Assembly (NCBI GenBank): GCA_046483495.1
Contig: JAWODC010000079.1
Span: forward strand, 1-40,073
Source: Desulfobacterales bacterium
GTDB lineage: Bacteria > Desulfobacterota > Desulfobacteria > Desulfobacterales > UBA5616
Length of the DNA: 40,073 bases
Reading direction: 5' to 3'
The notes under the pieces were generated by a model. The model worked only from the letters and a program-made list of their open reading frames with translations. It had not been told where the DNA came from and ran no database searches. Both the position numbers and the translations under genes were made by a program. This document shows positions 17,218-27,357 of the stretch, in pieces (position 1 is the stretch's first letter; each line of letters begins with the position of its first letter).

Positions 17218-18074
17218 GTGAAAGCATCCGCCAAAAAATCGCCTATTACATTCCCGAGCCGGCCGTCGTCAATAAGGCAACCGAACTGACCGAATCCGAA
17301 AAAAGCCTCTCGATCAGAAAAAAAAGCGGAATCTTTCATTTCAATCCGGGGCAATTCGTACAGATTTCCGTATTCGGATACGGTGAAGCCCCTTTTTCCG
17401 TGTGTTCTTCACCCATTAATTCGGAAGATTTCGAGATCTGTGTCCGGGCGGTCGGAAACGTCAGCAGATCCCTTCATCATCTGGTCCCGGGAAGTGAAAT
17501 CGGCATTCGCGGTCCTTATGGCAAGGGATTTCCCATCGATCAAATGAAAAACAAAAACCTGATGTGCATTGCAGGCGGCATTGGCATAGCGCCATTGCGA
17601 TCCCTGATCACTTTGGCACGGGAAAATCGAAACGATTTTAAACGATTAATCGTCGTTTACGGCGCCAAAACGCCTTCAAACCGTCTGTTTCAGGAAGATC
17701 TGGACCGGTGGGAATCCGATTCCGGCATGGAGACGCATCAAATCGTCGATAAACCGGATGATTCGTGGAAAGGACCTACCGGTGTGGTCACCGACCCTCT
17801 GAAGCAAATCGATATCGAACCTGAAGAGACTGTGGCAGCGGTGGTCGGGCCGCCGGCCGTTTTTCGTTTTGTGGCCATGGAACTGCTTAATATGAAGTTG
17901 CGCGAGGATAATATCTTTTTTTCGCTGGAAAGAAGATTTCAGTGTGGTGTCGGCAAATGCGGGCACTGTCAGCTGAATGACCTGTACGTTTGTCAGAACG
18001 GGCCGGTTTTTGCCTATTCCGATTTGATCGGGCGCACGGAGGCTCTGGAGGCCTGGGCGCCGGAGGATGAGTAG
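17214..18074 (+). CDS. Group 3b hydrogenase gamma subunit (FAD/NAD(P)-binding, 2Fe-2S)
   Basis: PGQFV, RGPYGKGFP, AGGIGIAPLRS, CGVGKCGHC..VCQNGPVF. Confidence 0.9.
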   Translation: MSESIRQKIAYYIPEPAVVNKATELTESEKSLSIRKKSGIFHFNPGQFVQISVFGYGEAPFSVCSSPINSEDFEICVRAVGNVSRSLHHLVPGSEIGIRGPYGKGFPIDQMKNKNLMCIAGGIGIAPLRSLITLARENRNDFKRLIVVYGAKTPSNRLFQEDLDRWESDSGMETHQIVDKPDDSWKGPTGVVTDPLKQIDIEPEETVAAVVGPPAVFRFVAMELLNMKLREDNIFFSLERRFQCGVGKCGHCQLNDLYVCQNGPVFAYSDLIGRTEALEAWAPEDE

Positions 18075-18119
18075 AATCGGTAATAAGGTCTTTCGCCTCG
18101 ATTGTAGACGGATAAAAAA

Positions 18120-18953
18120 ATGGTCAAATACATGAAAAAACCCAAAATCGCCTTTTTCGATTTTGCCTGCTGTGAAGGATGCCAGTTGACTGTACTTCGA
18201 ATGAACGAAAGGCTGTTTGATTTAATTGCTCATGTTCGCATCGTTTCGTGGCGGGAGGTGATGACCGAAGAAAGTGCAGACTACGATATCGCCTTCTGCG
18301 AGGGAAGCATCAATCGAAGGCAAGAACTCGAGCGTATTCGGCGCATCCGGGAAACGGCGGACATCCTCGTATCGCTGGGCACCTGTGCCTCTATCGGGTG
18401 CCACAATGCCCTTAAGAATCATTTGGGTCCGGATGAGCTGCGGAAGGCTGTGTATTCAGACCCGGATTATCCTCCCGATGTTATCCGCGCCCGCCCCATC
18501 ACTGCTGTCGTTCCCGTGGATTATCAAATACTGGGCTGTCCCGTGAGCATGCCGGAACTGGCAACGGTGTTCAAACAGATTCTCACCGGTCAGGAATACC
18601 GTCCCCCCAATCAGCCGGTGTGCGTTGAATGCAAGCTCAACGACAACCTGTGCGTTTTTGAAAAGGGGTTGGTCTGTATGGGGCCGGTGACGCGATGCGG
18701 GTGTAATGCCGTTTGTACCGCCTACGGGGACCCCTGTCAGGGATGCCGGGGATTGATCGATGATGCCAATCTCAAGGCTGCCGTCAGAGTACTGACGGGC
18801 GATCAGCTCCATTCAATTATGATACAGGTAAAAATGAAAAACCAGTTGACTGAGGAAGAAATCCGCCGGAAATTTGCTGTTTATAACAATTGGCCTGAAC
18901 TGAAGGAAATGAATGATGAAGCATATCAAGGTTCATCACCTGACACGCGTTGA
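18120..18953 (+). CDS. Group 3b hydrogenase delta (small) subunit; alternative start at 18132
   Basis: FACCEGCQ, EGSI, LGTCA, LGCP, VCVECK, CMGPVTRCGC, CQGCRG; no Tat signal. Confidence 0.9.
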   Translation: MVKYMKKPKIAFFDFACCEGCQLTVLRMNERLFDLIAHVRIVSWREVMTEESADYDIAFCEGSINRRQELERIRRIRETADILVSLGTCASIGCHNALKNHLGPDELRKAVYSDPDYPPDVIRARPITAVVPVDYQILGCPVSMPELATVFKQILTGQEYRPPNQPVCVECKLNDNLCVFEKGLVCMGPVTRCGCNAVCTAYGDPCQGCRGLIDDANLKAAVRVLTGDQLHSIMIQVKMKNQLTEEEIRRKFAVYNNWPELKEMNDEAYQGSSPDTR

Positions 18954-20181
18954 AGGACATGGAAACCTCGAGGCACGCCTCGTAAAAGGACAAAAACCGG
19001 AAGTTCGTTTTTCCGTGGTCGAAGCCCCGCGTTTTTTCGAAGTGCTGCTTCAGGGGCAGGATTATCGGGAAGTCACCCACATCGCATCGCGGGTCTGCGG
19101 TATTTGTGCAGTAAGTCACAAGTGCGCTGCCCTGAAAGCCACCGAAACCGCTATGCACGTATCTGTCAGCAAACAGACGGAAATGCTCAGGCGTTTGGCT
19201 TTTCATGGAGAGGTTCTGAGCAGCCATATACTCCACATCTACTTTCTGGCCGGTCCGGATTACTTCGGTGTCCCCAGCATTTTCCCTCTGTGGCAAAGCA
19301 ACGGAGCAATGATTAAGCGTGCAATCCGCCTCAAGGAACTGGGATATTCCCTCTGTGATTCGATCGCCGGTCGGCACACCCACCCCGTTGGAATGACTGT
19401 CGGCGGGTTCAGTTTTGTGCCGGATGAGAGTGAACTCCAAAAATTACGTGAACGCCTCGAAAACGCCCTTGAGGATCTTGCGGAAACCGTCCGCATGTTC
19501 AAAGAAATCCGCATGCCTGCATTCGAACGCAAAACCGAATATGTCAGCCTGAAGCACCCCGACCATTACCCCTTTTACGACGGTGAACTTCATTCCAGTG
19601 AAGGGGAAACCGTTTCTGTTCAGCTATACAGGGACAAGATAAAAGAAAGGATCGAATCCCATTCCACTGCAAAATATGCGCGTTGGCATCTTCCTGAATA
19701 CATGGTTGGAGCCCTTTCCCGTTTTAACAACAATTTCGAACAACTGTCTCGATCAGCCAGGCAGGCTGCAGCCGATTTGAACCTGTCGGCCCCCTGTTTC
19801 AACCCGTTTATGAATACCGTTGCACAAATCGTCGAATGCATCCATTGCGTAGATGACAGCATCGAGTTGATCGACAGGTTGCTGGAATATAAAATACATT
19901 CCGCTGCGGCGCAGACCGAATTCCGGCCCCGGGCCGGAAGAGGGGTCGGTGCGGTGGAGGCGCCCCGCGGAACACTTTTTCACGATTTTGAATACGATCA
20001 TAACGGCAAATGCATAACGGCCAATATGGTAATCCCCACCGCCCAGAACCTGGCCAACCTGGAGGCGGACCTTAAGGCCTGGTTGCCCGAACTGGAGAAT
20101 ACAGACGAACAGGGCGTCACGCGAAATCTCGAGATGCTGGTTCGTGCATACGATCCCTGCATTTCCTGCTCAACGCATTGA
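18913..20181 (+). CDS. Group 3b [NiFe]-hydrogenase alpha (large) subunit
   Basis: TRVEGHG, EAPRFFE, L1 motif SRVCGIC, EAPRGTLFH, L2 motif RAYDPCISCSTH followed directly by stop. Confidence 0.94.
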   Translation: MMKHIKVHHLTRVEGHGNLEARLVKGQKPEVRFSVVEAPRFFEVLLQGQDYREVTHIASRVCGICAVSHKCAALKATETAMHVSVSKQTEMLRRLAFHGEVLSSHILHIYFLAGPDYFGVPSIFPLWQSNGAMIKRAIRLKELGYSLCDSIAGRHTHPVGMTVGGFSFVPDESELQKLRERLENALEDLAETVRMFKEIRMPAFERKTEYVSLKHPDHYPFYDGELHSSEGETVSVQLYRDKIKERIESHSTAKYARWHLPEYMVGALSRFNNNFEQLSRSARQAAADLNLSAPCFNPFMNTVAQIVECIHCVDDSIELIDRLLEYKIHSAAAQTEFRPRAGRGVGAVEAPRGTLFHDFEYDHNGKCITANMVIPTAQNLANLEADLKAWLPELENTDEQGVTRNLEMLVRAYDPCISCSTH

Positions 20182-20240
20182 TAAAATGTTCAAGACTTGC
20201 CCATGTGCGGAAAGCATGAAAACGGTCGGCCGGTTATCCT

Positions 20241-21245
20241 TTAACAGATTCTTGGCACCAGTTCTCCTTGGGGAAGGGAAACGATTCGACGGGATCCGAT
20301 GCGTGTTTTCATCACTACCTTACCGGGATGTCGTTCTACAAATTTACCAATGAAAGCGGCCCGGCGGCCGTATTCATGACGATGCATCCGTGATATAATT
20401 TCCAGGGTGTCTTTTCCTGCAACCGCTGCGACAAGTTTGCCTTCGTTTGCAAGATGCAATACGTCTAAACCAAGAAAACCGCAAAGGCTTTGAACGGCCG
20501 GTTGAACCGGGAGACGCTGCTCTTCGATTTCGATGCCCAGGTTCGACTGTTCGGCCATCTCGTTGAGCGCGGCGGCTAAACCGCCCCTGGTGGGATCCTT
20601 CAATGCGTGAATCTCTTCAGACGCGCTCATCATCTCGGCAACCAGATGATGCAAAGGCGCACAGTCACTTTCAATAGGGGTTTCAAATTGAAAGGATTCC
20701 CGTTGGCCTAAAACGGAAGCGCCGTGGTCGCCGATGGTGCCGCTTAAGAGGATATGGTCGCCGGGAAGAATGTTGGAGGAGGATATATCGATTCCGGTCG
20801 GTATGCGTCCGATTCCCGCGGTATTGATAAAGAGCCGGTCGGCTTTTCCCTTTTCGACGACTTTTGTATCACCGGTCACGATGTCAATGCAGGCCTCGGT
20901 TGCTGCGGTTCGGATCGACTCGACAATCGTCTGAAGTTGTTTAACTTCAAGTCCTTCTTCAATAATCACCGAAAGGCATAGATAAGCGGGTTTGGCCCCC
21001 ATCATGGCCAGGTCATTTACCGTTCCGCAGACCGATAGTTTGCCGATATCTCCCCCTGGAAAAAACAGCGGCCGAACAACATAACTGTCCGTGGTAAAGG
21101 CCAACCTTCCGGATTCATCGAGTAATGCCGCGTCATCCAGCGGGGCCAGAAATGGATTGTACAAGGGACCGAGAAAAAGCTCCCGAATCAAATCCCTGCT
21201 CAATGCCCCGCCACCGCCGTGAGCAAGAAGAATTTTTTCATTCAT
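20241..21245 (-). CDS. hypE: Hydrogenase maturation protein HypE
   Basis: LAHGGGG, FTTDSYVV, GTVNDLAM, DPTRGG, ANEGK, terminal PRIC. Confidence 0.96.
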   Translation of the reverse strand: MNEKILLAHGGGGALSRDLIRELFLGPLYNPFLAPLDDAALLDESGRLAFTTDSYVVRPLFFPGGDIGKLSVCGTVNDLAMMGAKPAYLCLSVIIEEGLEVKQLQTIVESIRTAATEACIDIVTGDTKVVEKGKADRLFINTAGIGRIPTGIDISSSNILPGDHILLSGTIGDHGASVLGQRESFQFETPIESDCAPLHHLVAEMMSASEEIHALKDPTRGGLAAALNEMAEQSNLGIEIEEQRLPVQPAVQSLCGFLGLDVLHLANEGKLVAAVAGKDTLEIISRMHRHEYGRRAAFIGKFVERHPGKVVMKTRIGSRRIVSLPQGELVPRIC

Positions 21246-21263
21246 ATGCCGATCTCAAACCTC

Positions 21264-22367
21264 TCACTTAAAATTATCAAGTCCGCCATAGCGCAGATGC
21301 GCCGCACAGCTTCCTTCCGGCGATACCATGCAGGGGCCAACCGGGTGTTCCGGCAGGCACTTTTTTCCGTATAAGGTGCAATCCGCGGGTGTTTTGGTTC
21401 CACGAAGAATGCTGCCGCAGATACAGTTTTCCGGTTCCTCGCACACGCCGTCATGCAAATCGAAGATTTTCTCCGCATCGAAGGCGCTGTATGCATTCTT
21501 CAGTTTCAGTCCGCTGCCGAAAACCCGGCCGAAGCCCCTCCATCGGTCAGTAGCCGGTTGAAACACCTTTTCCATTAGATTCAGCGCGGTCGGATTTCCT
21601 CCCGGTTGAACCCCTCTTCGGTATACACGATCAACATCGAACAGTCCGGTACTGATCTGCCGGCACAATCGATGAAGCGAAAAAAGAATGTCTATCGGCT
21701 CAAATCCGGAAACTGCACAGGCCACCCTGTAGTCTTGGGGGATGAATGCATAGGGCTCGACTCCGATGACAGCGCTGACATGGCCCGGACAGAGAATTCC
21801 GTCAAGTCGGGTTTCGCCGGCTTCAAGCATCTCCCTCATGATGGGCGGGCATCGTTTATGAAAACAGAGCAGATAGAAATTTTGTACATTTCTTTGACGA
21901 GCCTCGAGAACGGTCGCCGCAACGGTCGGTGCCGTAGTTTCAAATCCGATAGCGACAAAAACAACAGGGCTGCCCGGATTGGCTTGGGCGATAGAAAGAG
22001 CCTCGGCTGCTGAATAGATAACCCGAACGTCTGTACCATTGCTTCTGGCATCCAGGAGAGACCCGCAGGTTCCGGGCACTTTCAGCATGTCGCCGAAGGT
22101 GGCCAGGATCACACCGGGAATGTTCGCCGCCATCATGGCTTTGTCGATATCCGAAGCGTCAGTGACGCAGACCGGACAACCCGGTCCGGACAGAAGCCGA
22201 AGGTGTTCCGGCAGCATATTTCGAATGCCGCTTTTAATAATCTCGACGGTGTGACCACCGCAAAATTCCATGAAAACCACCGGCCTTTGCAGCAGACGTT
22301 TCATGTCCTTGACCAGGCCTGATGCCAGGTGGGGATTTGAAAATTTTTCAAGCGTTTTCATGTTCAT
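21264..22367 (-). CDS. hypD: Hydrogenase maturation protein HypD
   Basis: CGGHT, GPGCPVCVT, GFETTAP, PGHVS, GPCMVSPEGSC. Confidence 0.96.
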   Translation of the reverse strand: MNMKTLEKFSNPHLASGLVKDMKRLLQRPVVFMEFCGGHTVEIIKSGIRNMLPEHLRLLSGPGCPVCVTDASDIDKAMMAANIPGVILATFGDMLKVPGTCGSLLDARSNGTDVRVIYSAAEALSIAQANPGSPVVFVAIGFETTAPTVAATVLEARQRNVQNFYLLCFHKRCPPIMREMLEAGETRLDGILCPGHVSAVIGVEPYAFIPQDYRVACAVSGFEPIDILFSLHRLCRQISTGLFDVDRVYRRGVQPGGNPTALNLMEKVFQPATDRWRGFGRVFGSGLKLKNAYSAFDAEKIFDLHDGVCEEPENCICGSILRGTKTPADCTLYGKKCLPEHPVGPCMVSPEGSCAAHLRYGGLDNFK

Positions 22368-22584
22368 CGGACCTATTCAAAACCCCATGAACCAGCTCAA
22401 GGGTTTTAAGGGCTTCTTGTTCGTCAACAGCGGCTATGGCAAAACCGGCGTGCACAAGAACATAATCACCGTTTTTAATTTCCGGGGTCAACACAATTGA
22501 AACCGATCGTTTCACCCCATTGACTTCCACATCCGCCGTTGATTTTCGGGTGAACGTCACCCGCGCAGGAAGTGCTAAACACAT
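22348..22584 (-). CDS. hypC: Hydrogenase chaperone HypC
   Basis: MCLALPARV and GDYVLVHAGFAI. Confidence 0.96.
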   Translation of the reverse strand: MCLALPARVTFTRKSTADVEVNGVKRSVSIVLTPEIKNGDYVLVHAGFAIAAVDEQEALKTLELVHGVLNRSDEHENA

Positions 22585-22634
22585 CGTTTTCTCCTTTAAT
22601 GGTGCCGTCTAAAACAGCTGGTTGCCCGGACCTG

Positions 22635-25007
22635 TCAGCCGTGGCGGATTCGCCCGGCAGCACGCGTTTTGTTTGCTGTGTGATGGGCCACTGCCGCCTG
22701 CCCAAGGGATATGCCCCCATCATTGCAGGGAATTTCGCAATGACGATACACGGTGAACCCAAGCGACTCAAGGTCTGCGCATACCTGTGTGGAAAGCAGG
22801 CGATTTTGAAAAACCCCGCCGCTTAGGGCTGCTCGGTTTATTCCTGTAGACTGTCGCAACATCGCGCACATTTTAACGATTATCGCAGAAAAGGTCCGGT
22901 GAAATGTCGCTGCGATCTCACCAGGGGGCGTGCCCCGCAAAACATCCTTAATAATGTCCTGGAACAGTTTGCCAAGCTTAACGATTTGTATTCCTTCGCT
23001 TTCCTGAATATCGAAAGTGTAGACGGTGCGGTTCCGGGCATATGTCTCTGCGGCGGATTCCATCTCTATTGCCGCCTGAGCTTCATAATCCACCACGTTT
23101 CTTATCCCGATCAACGCGGAGACAGCATCGAAAAGACGCCCGGCACTCGAGGTCAGCGGGGTATTGATGCTGTATTTTATTTGTCGCTTTATAAAGTGGA
23201 GCTCTTTTTCTGAGAGAAAATTATAGAATGGCAGATCTGGTCTTAATTCACTCTCCCCTAAAAGCTCGTAAATATATCCGGCGGCCGTACGGCATGGCTT
23301 TAAAACTGCAGCATCCCCGCCGGGAAGCGGCATGTACTCCAAATGTCCCAAACGTTTAAAACGCTGTTCATCAGCCAGCAGAAATTCTCCTCCCCAGATG
23401 CGGCCGTCGGGTCCGTATCCCGTACCGTCACATACAACACCCAAAACGGGAAAGTCTCCCCTGTTTTCGATCACGCAGCTGACCGCATGTGCATGATGAT
23501 GCCAAACAGGGACCAACCTGCTCTCAGGGCGATAATTTGTGAGTCGTCGTGCAAATCGGGAGGAGTGATAATCCGGGTGGCAGTCACAGGCAACAATTTC
23601 AGGTTGTATACCAAACATGGATCGATAAAAGGCAAGCGTATCCTCGAAGTGGTCAAGCGTATCGATATGCTCCAAATCCCCGATATGCTGACTTACAAAG
23701 GCATGCTCCCCTTTGGCAAGGCAAAATGCATTCTTCAGATCCCCTCCGCAAGCCCATATGCTTTCGGCATTGAAAGGGAGTCCAATCGGAGCCGGCGCAT
23801 ATCCCCTTGCCCGGCGGATCACCCGGGGTGCACCGTCTTCCACCGATAAGACACTGTCATCGCATCGCATGGAAATGTCCCTGTCATGGAGCAGAAAAAG
23901 GTCAGCCACTGAGGACAGTCGCTTAAACGCATCCGCATTGTCTTTTATAATCGGTGATTGCCGCAGGTTGCCGCTGGTCATCACAAGCGGCCGGTCAATT
24001 GCCTGCATGAGCAGATAATGGAGCGGTGTATAGGGGAGCATTATCCCCAATCTGTTCATATTCGGTGCGATATGGGAACCCATTCCATTGTCGTTTTTGC
24101 ATCTCAAAAGCACGATCGGAGAAGGCGGAGAATGCAGGTTCTGCGCTTCTGCATCCGACACGAAACAATACTTCTTTATATCTTCAATGGATCTCATCAT
24201 GATTGCAAAAGGCTTATGAGGCCTGTTTTTGCGGATACGCAGCTGATTGACGGAATGCGGATTTTGAGCATCACAAGTCAGCAAAAATCCGCCAAGTCCC
24301 TTCATCGCAACGATCGCCCCCCGAATGATAAAGTCGGCGGCTTCAATTATAGGGTTTCCAGGTATTGCAGATCCGTCGGAAGACTTCAGAATCAGACGGG
24401 GGCCGCATTTCGGACATGCGTTGGGTTGTGCGTGAAACCTTCTGCTCTCCGGATCTTCATATTCCGCTCTGCACCTTGCACACATCCGGAAAGACTGCAT
24501 CGTTGTATTTTCTCGATCATATGGCAATTCTTTAATGATCGTAAACCTTGGACCACAGTCGGTACAGTTGGTGAAGGGGTAGCCATGTCGCCGATTCCGC
24601 AAATCCTCGATGTCGACTATACAGCGCCCGCAGATGGAAACGTCGGGTGATATCATACGGCATTCTTCCGTTTTGGGAATACTTTCGCGGATTTCAAAAT
24701 CAATGTACCCCGATGCTTCTGATCGGCGGCAGAAAATCGTGTCGATTTTTGCCAGGGGGGGAGCCTTTGCTTCAATATCGGCACGAAATCGTTTCAGCAA
24801 TTCTTCGCTGCCCTCTACCTCGACGGCTACATCTCCGGACCGGTTGCAGACCCATCCGACGAGTCCATGAGCTTTTGCCAGCTTATAAATAAAAGGCCGG
24901 AACCCGACGCCTTGGACGATCCCTCGAATATGCAGGCAAATTGACTTCATGTTGTCGGCAGGGCATGCCTCCTCGGTCTTGAGCACGCTTCGTTCTTCCG
25001 CGAACAT
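22635..25007 (-). CDS. hypF: Carbamoyltransferase HypF
   Basis: GIVQGVGFRPF, zinc-finger Cys pairs, RFHAQPNACPKCGP, HHHAH, NDGGISLGQ. ATG at 25007 has RBS AAGAGGAG; the ORF extends to 25061. Confidence 0.95.
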   Translation of the reverse strand: MFAEERSVLKTEEACPADNMKSICLHIRGIVQGVGFRPFIYKLAKAHGLVGWVCNRSGDVAVEVEGSEELLKRFRADIEAKAPPLAKIDTIFCRRSEASGYIDFEIRESIPKTEECRMISPDVSICGRCIVDIEDLRNRRHGYPFTNCTDCGPRFTIIKELPYDRENTTMQSFRMCARCRAEYEDPESRRFHAQPNACPKCGPRLILKSSDGSAIPGNPIIEAADFIIRGAIVAMKGLGGFLLTCDAQNPHSVNQLRIRKNRPHKPFAIMMRSIEDIKKYCFVSDAEAQNLHSPPSPIVLLRCKNDNGMGSHIAPNMNRLGIMLPYTPLHYLLMQAIDRPLVMTSGNLRQSPIIKDNADAFKRLSSVADLFLLHDRDISMRCDDSVLSVEDGAPRVIRRARGYAPAPIGLPFNAESIWACGGDLKNAFCLAKGEHAFVSQHIGDLEHIDTLDHFEDTLAFYRSMFGIQPEIVACDCHPDYHSSRFARRLTNYRPESRLVPVWHHHAHAVSCVIENRGDFPVLGVVCDGTGYGPDGRIWGGEFLLADEQRFKRLGHLEYMPLPGGDAAVLKPCRTAAGYIYELLGESELRPDLPFYNFLSEKELHFIKRQIKYSINTPLTSSAGRLFDAVSALIGIRNVVDYEAQAAIEMESAAETYARNRTVYTFDIQESEGIQIVKLGKLFQDIIKDVLRGTPPGEIAATFHRTFSAIIVKMCAMLRQSTGINRAALSGGVFQNRLLSTQVCADLESLGFTVYRHCEIPCNDGGISLGQAAVAHHTANKTRAAGRIRHG

Positions 25008-25248
25008 TTCATCTCCTCTTTTTAATATACGGGCATGCTGTTTTAACATAAAGGACTTCATGTAAAAGCAGGAGATCCATGCGGTAATTCGGCCTGAAAT
25101 GTTACGGTCGAACCCGATCTGTCGCCGGTTTGAACGGTTCGGTTTATCGGGCGGGCAAATACAGGATTTAACGCATTCACTACATGGTTAAAAATCTTTA
25201 AAATACAGAATATTGTATCCATTTAACCATTAATCAAGGGAAGATGCC

Positions 25249-26355
25249 ATGCCGCGAAAAGAAATCGACCTTCCTTACACGATTGAATATCTGTCCGTAC
25301 TCGACGAGAAGGGACATGTGGATAAGGACCTGGAACCGGATATCCCGGATGAAACCTTATTGAACCTGCATCGCACCATGCTCTTGAGCCGCCGTTTTGA
25401 CGAACGGATGCTCACGCTGCAGCGGCAGGGCAAAATGGGGACGTTTGCTCCGATAAAAGGGCAGGAGGCCGCTCAATTGGGCGCTGCTGCCGTGCTGGAT
25501 GAAAATGACTGGCTGGTCCCCTCCTTCCGGGAAATGGCGGCCGAATTGTGGCGGGGAAAAAGCATGGAACATATTCTGCTGGTATATGCGGGTTACAACG
25601 AAGGATGTAAGATATCGGAAAACATGAACAATCTGCCTGTAGCGATACCGGTCGCGACACAGATCCCGCACGCCGTAGGTATCGCTTACGGCATACGCTA
25701 TCGCAATGAAAAACAGGTGGTCATGGTGTTTTTCGGAGATGGTGCGACTTCAGAGGGCGATTTTCACGAGGCACTGAATTTTGCCGGCGTTTTTAACACT
25801 CCCGTTATTTTTGTTTGCCAGAACAACCAGTGGGCGATTTCAATACCACGTTCCCACCAAACCCAATCCAGGACCCTTGCCCAGAAAGCCATGGCTTACG
25901 GCTTCACGGGAATTCAGGTGGACGGCAACGACATCCTGGCCGTTTATGCCGCCGCTAAAGAGGCGGCGGAAAAAGCCCGCTCAGGTAAGGGCCCCACATT
26001 GATCGAATGTGTAACGTATCGTCTGTCGGTACACACAACAGCCGATAATCCCAAACGATACCGATCGGATAAAGAGGTTAAGGAATGGGAGAAACGCGAT
26101 CCTGTCACCCGGTTCCAAAACTACCTGATCGATAAGGACCTGTTGGATGAAGATCGGATTGAAACACTGGAGAAGGAGATCAGGGACGAAATCAAAGAGA
26201 ACGTAGAAAAATTGGAAAGAACGACGAAGAAACCGGCGAGCCCTCTTGCCATGTTTGACCATGTATTTGCCCGAACACCTCCCTATTTGGAAGAGCAAAA
26301 AGAAGAGCTCGAGCGGGAAATGGAACACAATAAGAAGGGGAAGACCCATGGCTGA
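25249..26355 (+). CDS. pdhA: Pyruvate (2-oxoacid) dehydrogenase E1 alpha
   Basis: LQRQG, GQEAAQ, TPP motif GDGATSEGDFHEALN..NNQWAIS, HTTADNPKRYR. Confidence 0.9.
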   Translation: MPRKEIDLPYTIEYLSVLDEKGHVDKDLEPDIPDETLLNLHRTMLLSRRFDERMLTLQRQGKMGTFAPIKGQEAAQLGAAAVLDENDWLVPSFREMAAELWRGKSMEHILLVYAGYNEGCKISENMNNLPVAIPVATQIPHAVGIAYGIRYRNEKQVVMVFFGDGATSEGDFHEALNFAGVFNTPVIFVCQNNQWAISIPRSHQTQSRTLAQKAMAYGFTGIQVDGNDILAVYAAAKEAAEKARSGKGPTLIECVTYRLSVHTTADNPKRYRSDKEVKEWEKRDPVTRFQNYLIDKDLLDEDRIETLEKEIRDEIKENVEKLERTTKKPASPLAMFDHVFARTPPYLEEQKEELEREMEHNKKGKTHG

Positions 26356-27328
26356 GATGACAATGGTTCAGGCGATCAATCTGGCCCTTCACCAGGAAAT
26401 GGAAAATGATGACACGGTAATGGTATTGGGCGAAGACGTCGGGGTGGACGGAGGCGTTTTTCGGGTTACCGAGGGCTTGATCGACACATTCGGCAAGGAT
26501 CGTGTCATGGACACCCCGCTTGCGGAATCCGCCATTATCGGTATTTCCATCGGCATGGCGGTATACGGCCTCAAACCGGTCTGTGAAACGCAATTTTCGG
26601 GTTTCAGCTATATGGGCTTTCATCAGTTGGAATCACACGCATCACGCCTCAGGGCTCGCTCCTGCGGCCGCTTCAATGTCCAAATGGTGCTCCGCACGCC
26701 TTACGGGGCCGGTGTACGTGCCCTTGAACATCACTCGGAAAGCCGCGAGTGCTATTATGCACACACACCGGGCATCAAGGTGGTTATTCCCTCCTCCCCC
26801 AGGAAAGCGCGTTCACTGCTGGTTGCCGCCATCCGCGATGCCGATCCTGTGGTTTTTTATGAACCCAAGGCGCTGTATCGGGCATTCAGAGAAGAAGTGC
26901 CGGATGAGGAGGAAACGTTTTCCTTAGGCCGTTCTGAAGTGGTCAGAGAGGGAAAACATCTGACCATGATAACCTACGGCGCAATGCTCCATCCCTGCCT
27001 GGAAGCGGCCTCCATGCTCCAGGAAAAAGACGGAATTGAAACCGAAGTGATCGATCTTCTCACCATCTCTCCCATGGACGACGAATTTTTCTGCGATTCC
27101 GTCCGAAAAACAGGGCATGTTCTCGTCGTTCACGAAGCCCCGCGGAGTTTTGGACCGGGTTCGGAAATCGTATCGCGCCTTATCGAGAAATCGTTTCTCT
27201 ACCTCGAGGCCCCCATACGTCGGGTCACGGGATTTGATGTACACGTTCCTCTCTTTCAAAGGGAAAGGGATTATCTGCCCGGTGCTGAACGAATTTTTCG
27301 GGCAGCGCGGGAAATACTTGAGTTCTAA
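26348..27328 (+). CDS. pdhB: Pyruvate (2-oxoacid) dehydrogenase E1 beta
   Basis: GEDVGVDGGVFRVT, DTPLAES, EHHSES; start MAEMTMVQ overlaps the end of pdhA. Confidence 0.9.
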   Translation: MAEMTMVQAINLALHQEMENDDTVMVLGEDVGVDGGVFRVTEGLIDTFGKDRVMDTPLAESAIIGISIGMAVYGLKPVCETQFSGFSYMGFHQLESHASRLRARSCGRFNVQMVLRTPYGAGVRALEHHSESRECYYAHTPGIKVVIPSSPRKARSLLVAAIRDADPVVFYEPKALYRAFREEVPDEEETFSLGRSEVVREGKHLTMITYGAMLHPCLEAASMLQEKDGIETEVIDLLTISPMDDEFFCDSVRKTGHVLVVHEAPRSFGPGSEIVSRLIEKSFLYLEAPIRRVTGFDVHVPLFQRERDYLPGAERIFRAAREILEF

Positions 27329-27357
27329 AAAGCAGTTTCAAACACGGAGGACCAGAC

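Noticed and set aside
16135..18074. Anaerobic sulfite reductase asrAB
   Set aside because: These are homologous subunits, but they are followed by NiFe small and large subunits rather than the siroheme protein AsrC.
20140..20181. [NiFeSe] hydrogenase
   Set aside because: Both L2 ligands are TGC Cys codons; the TGA comes after the terminal His.
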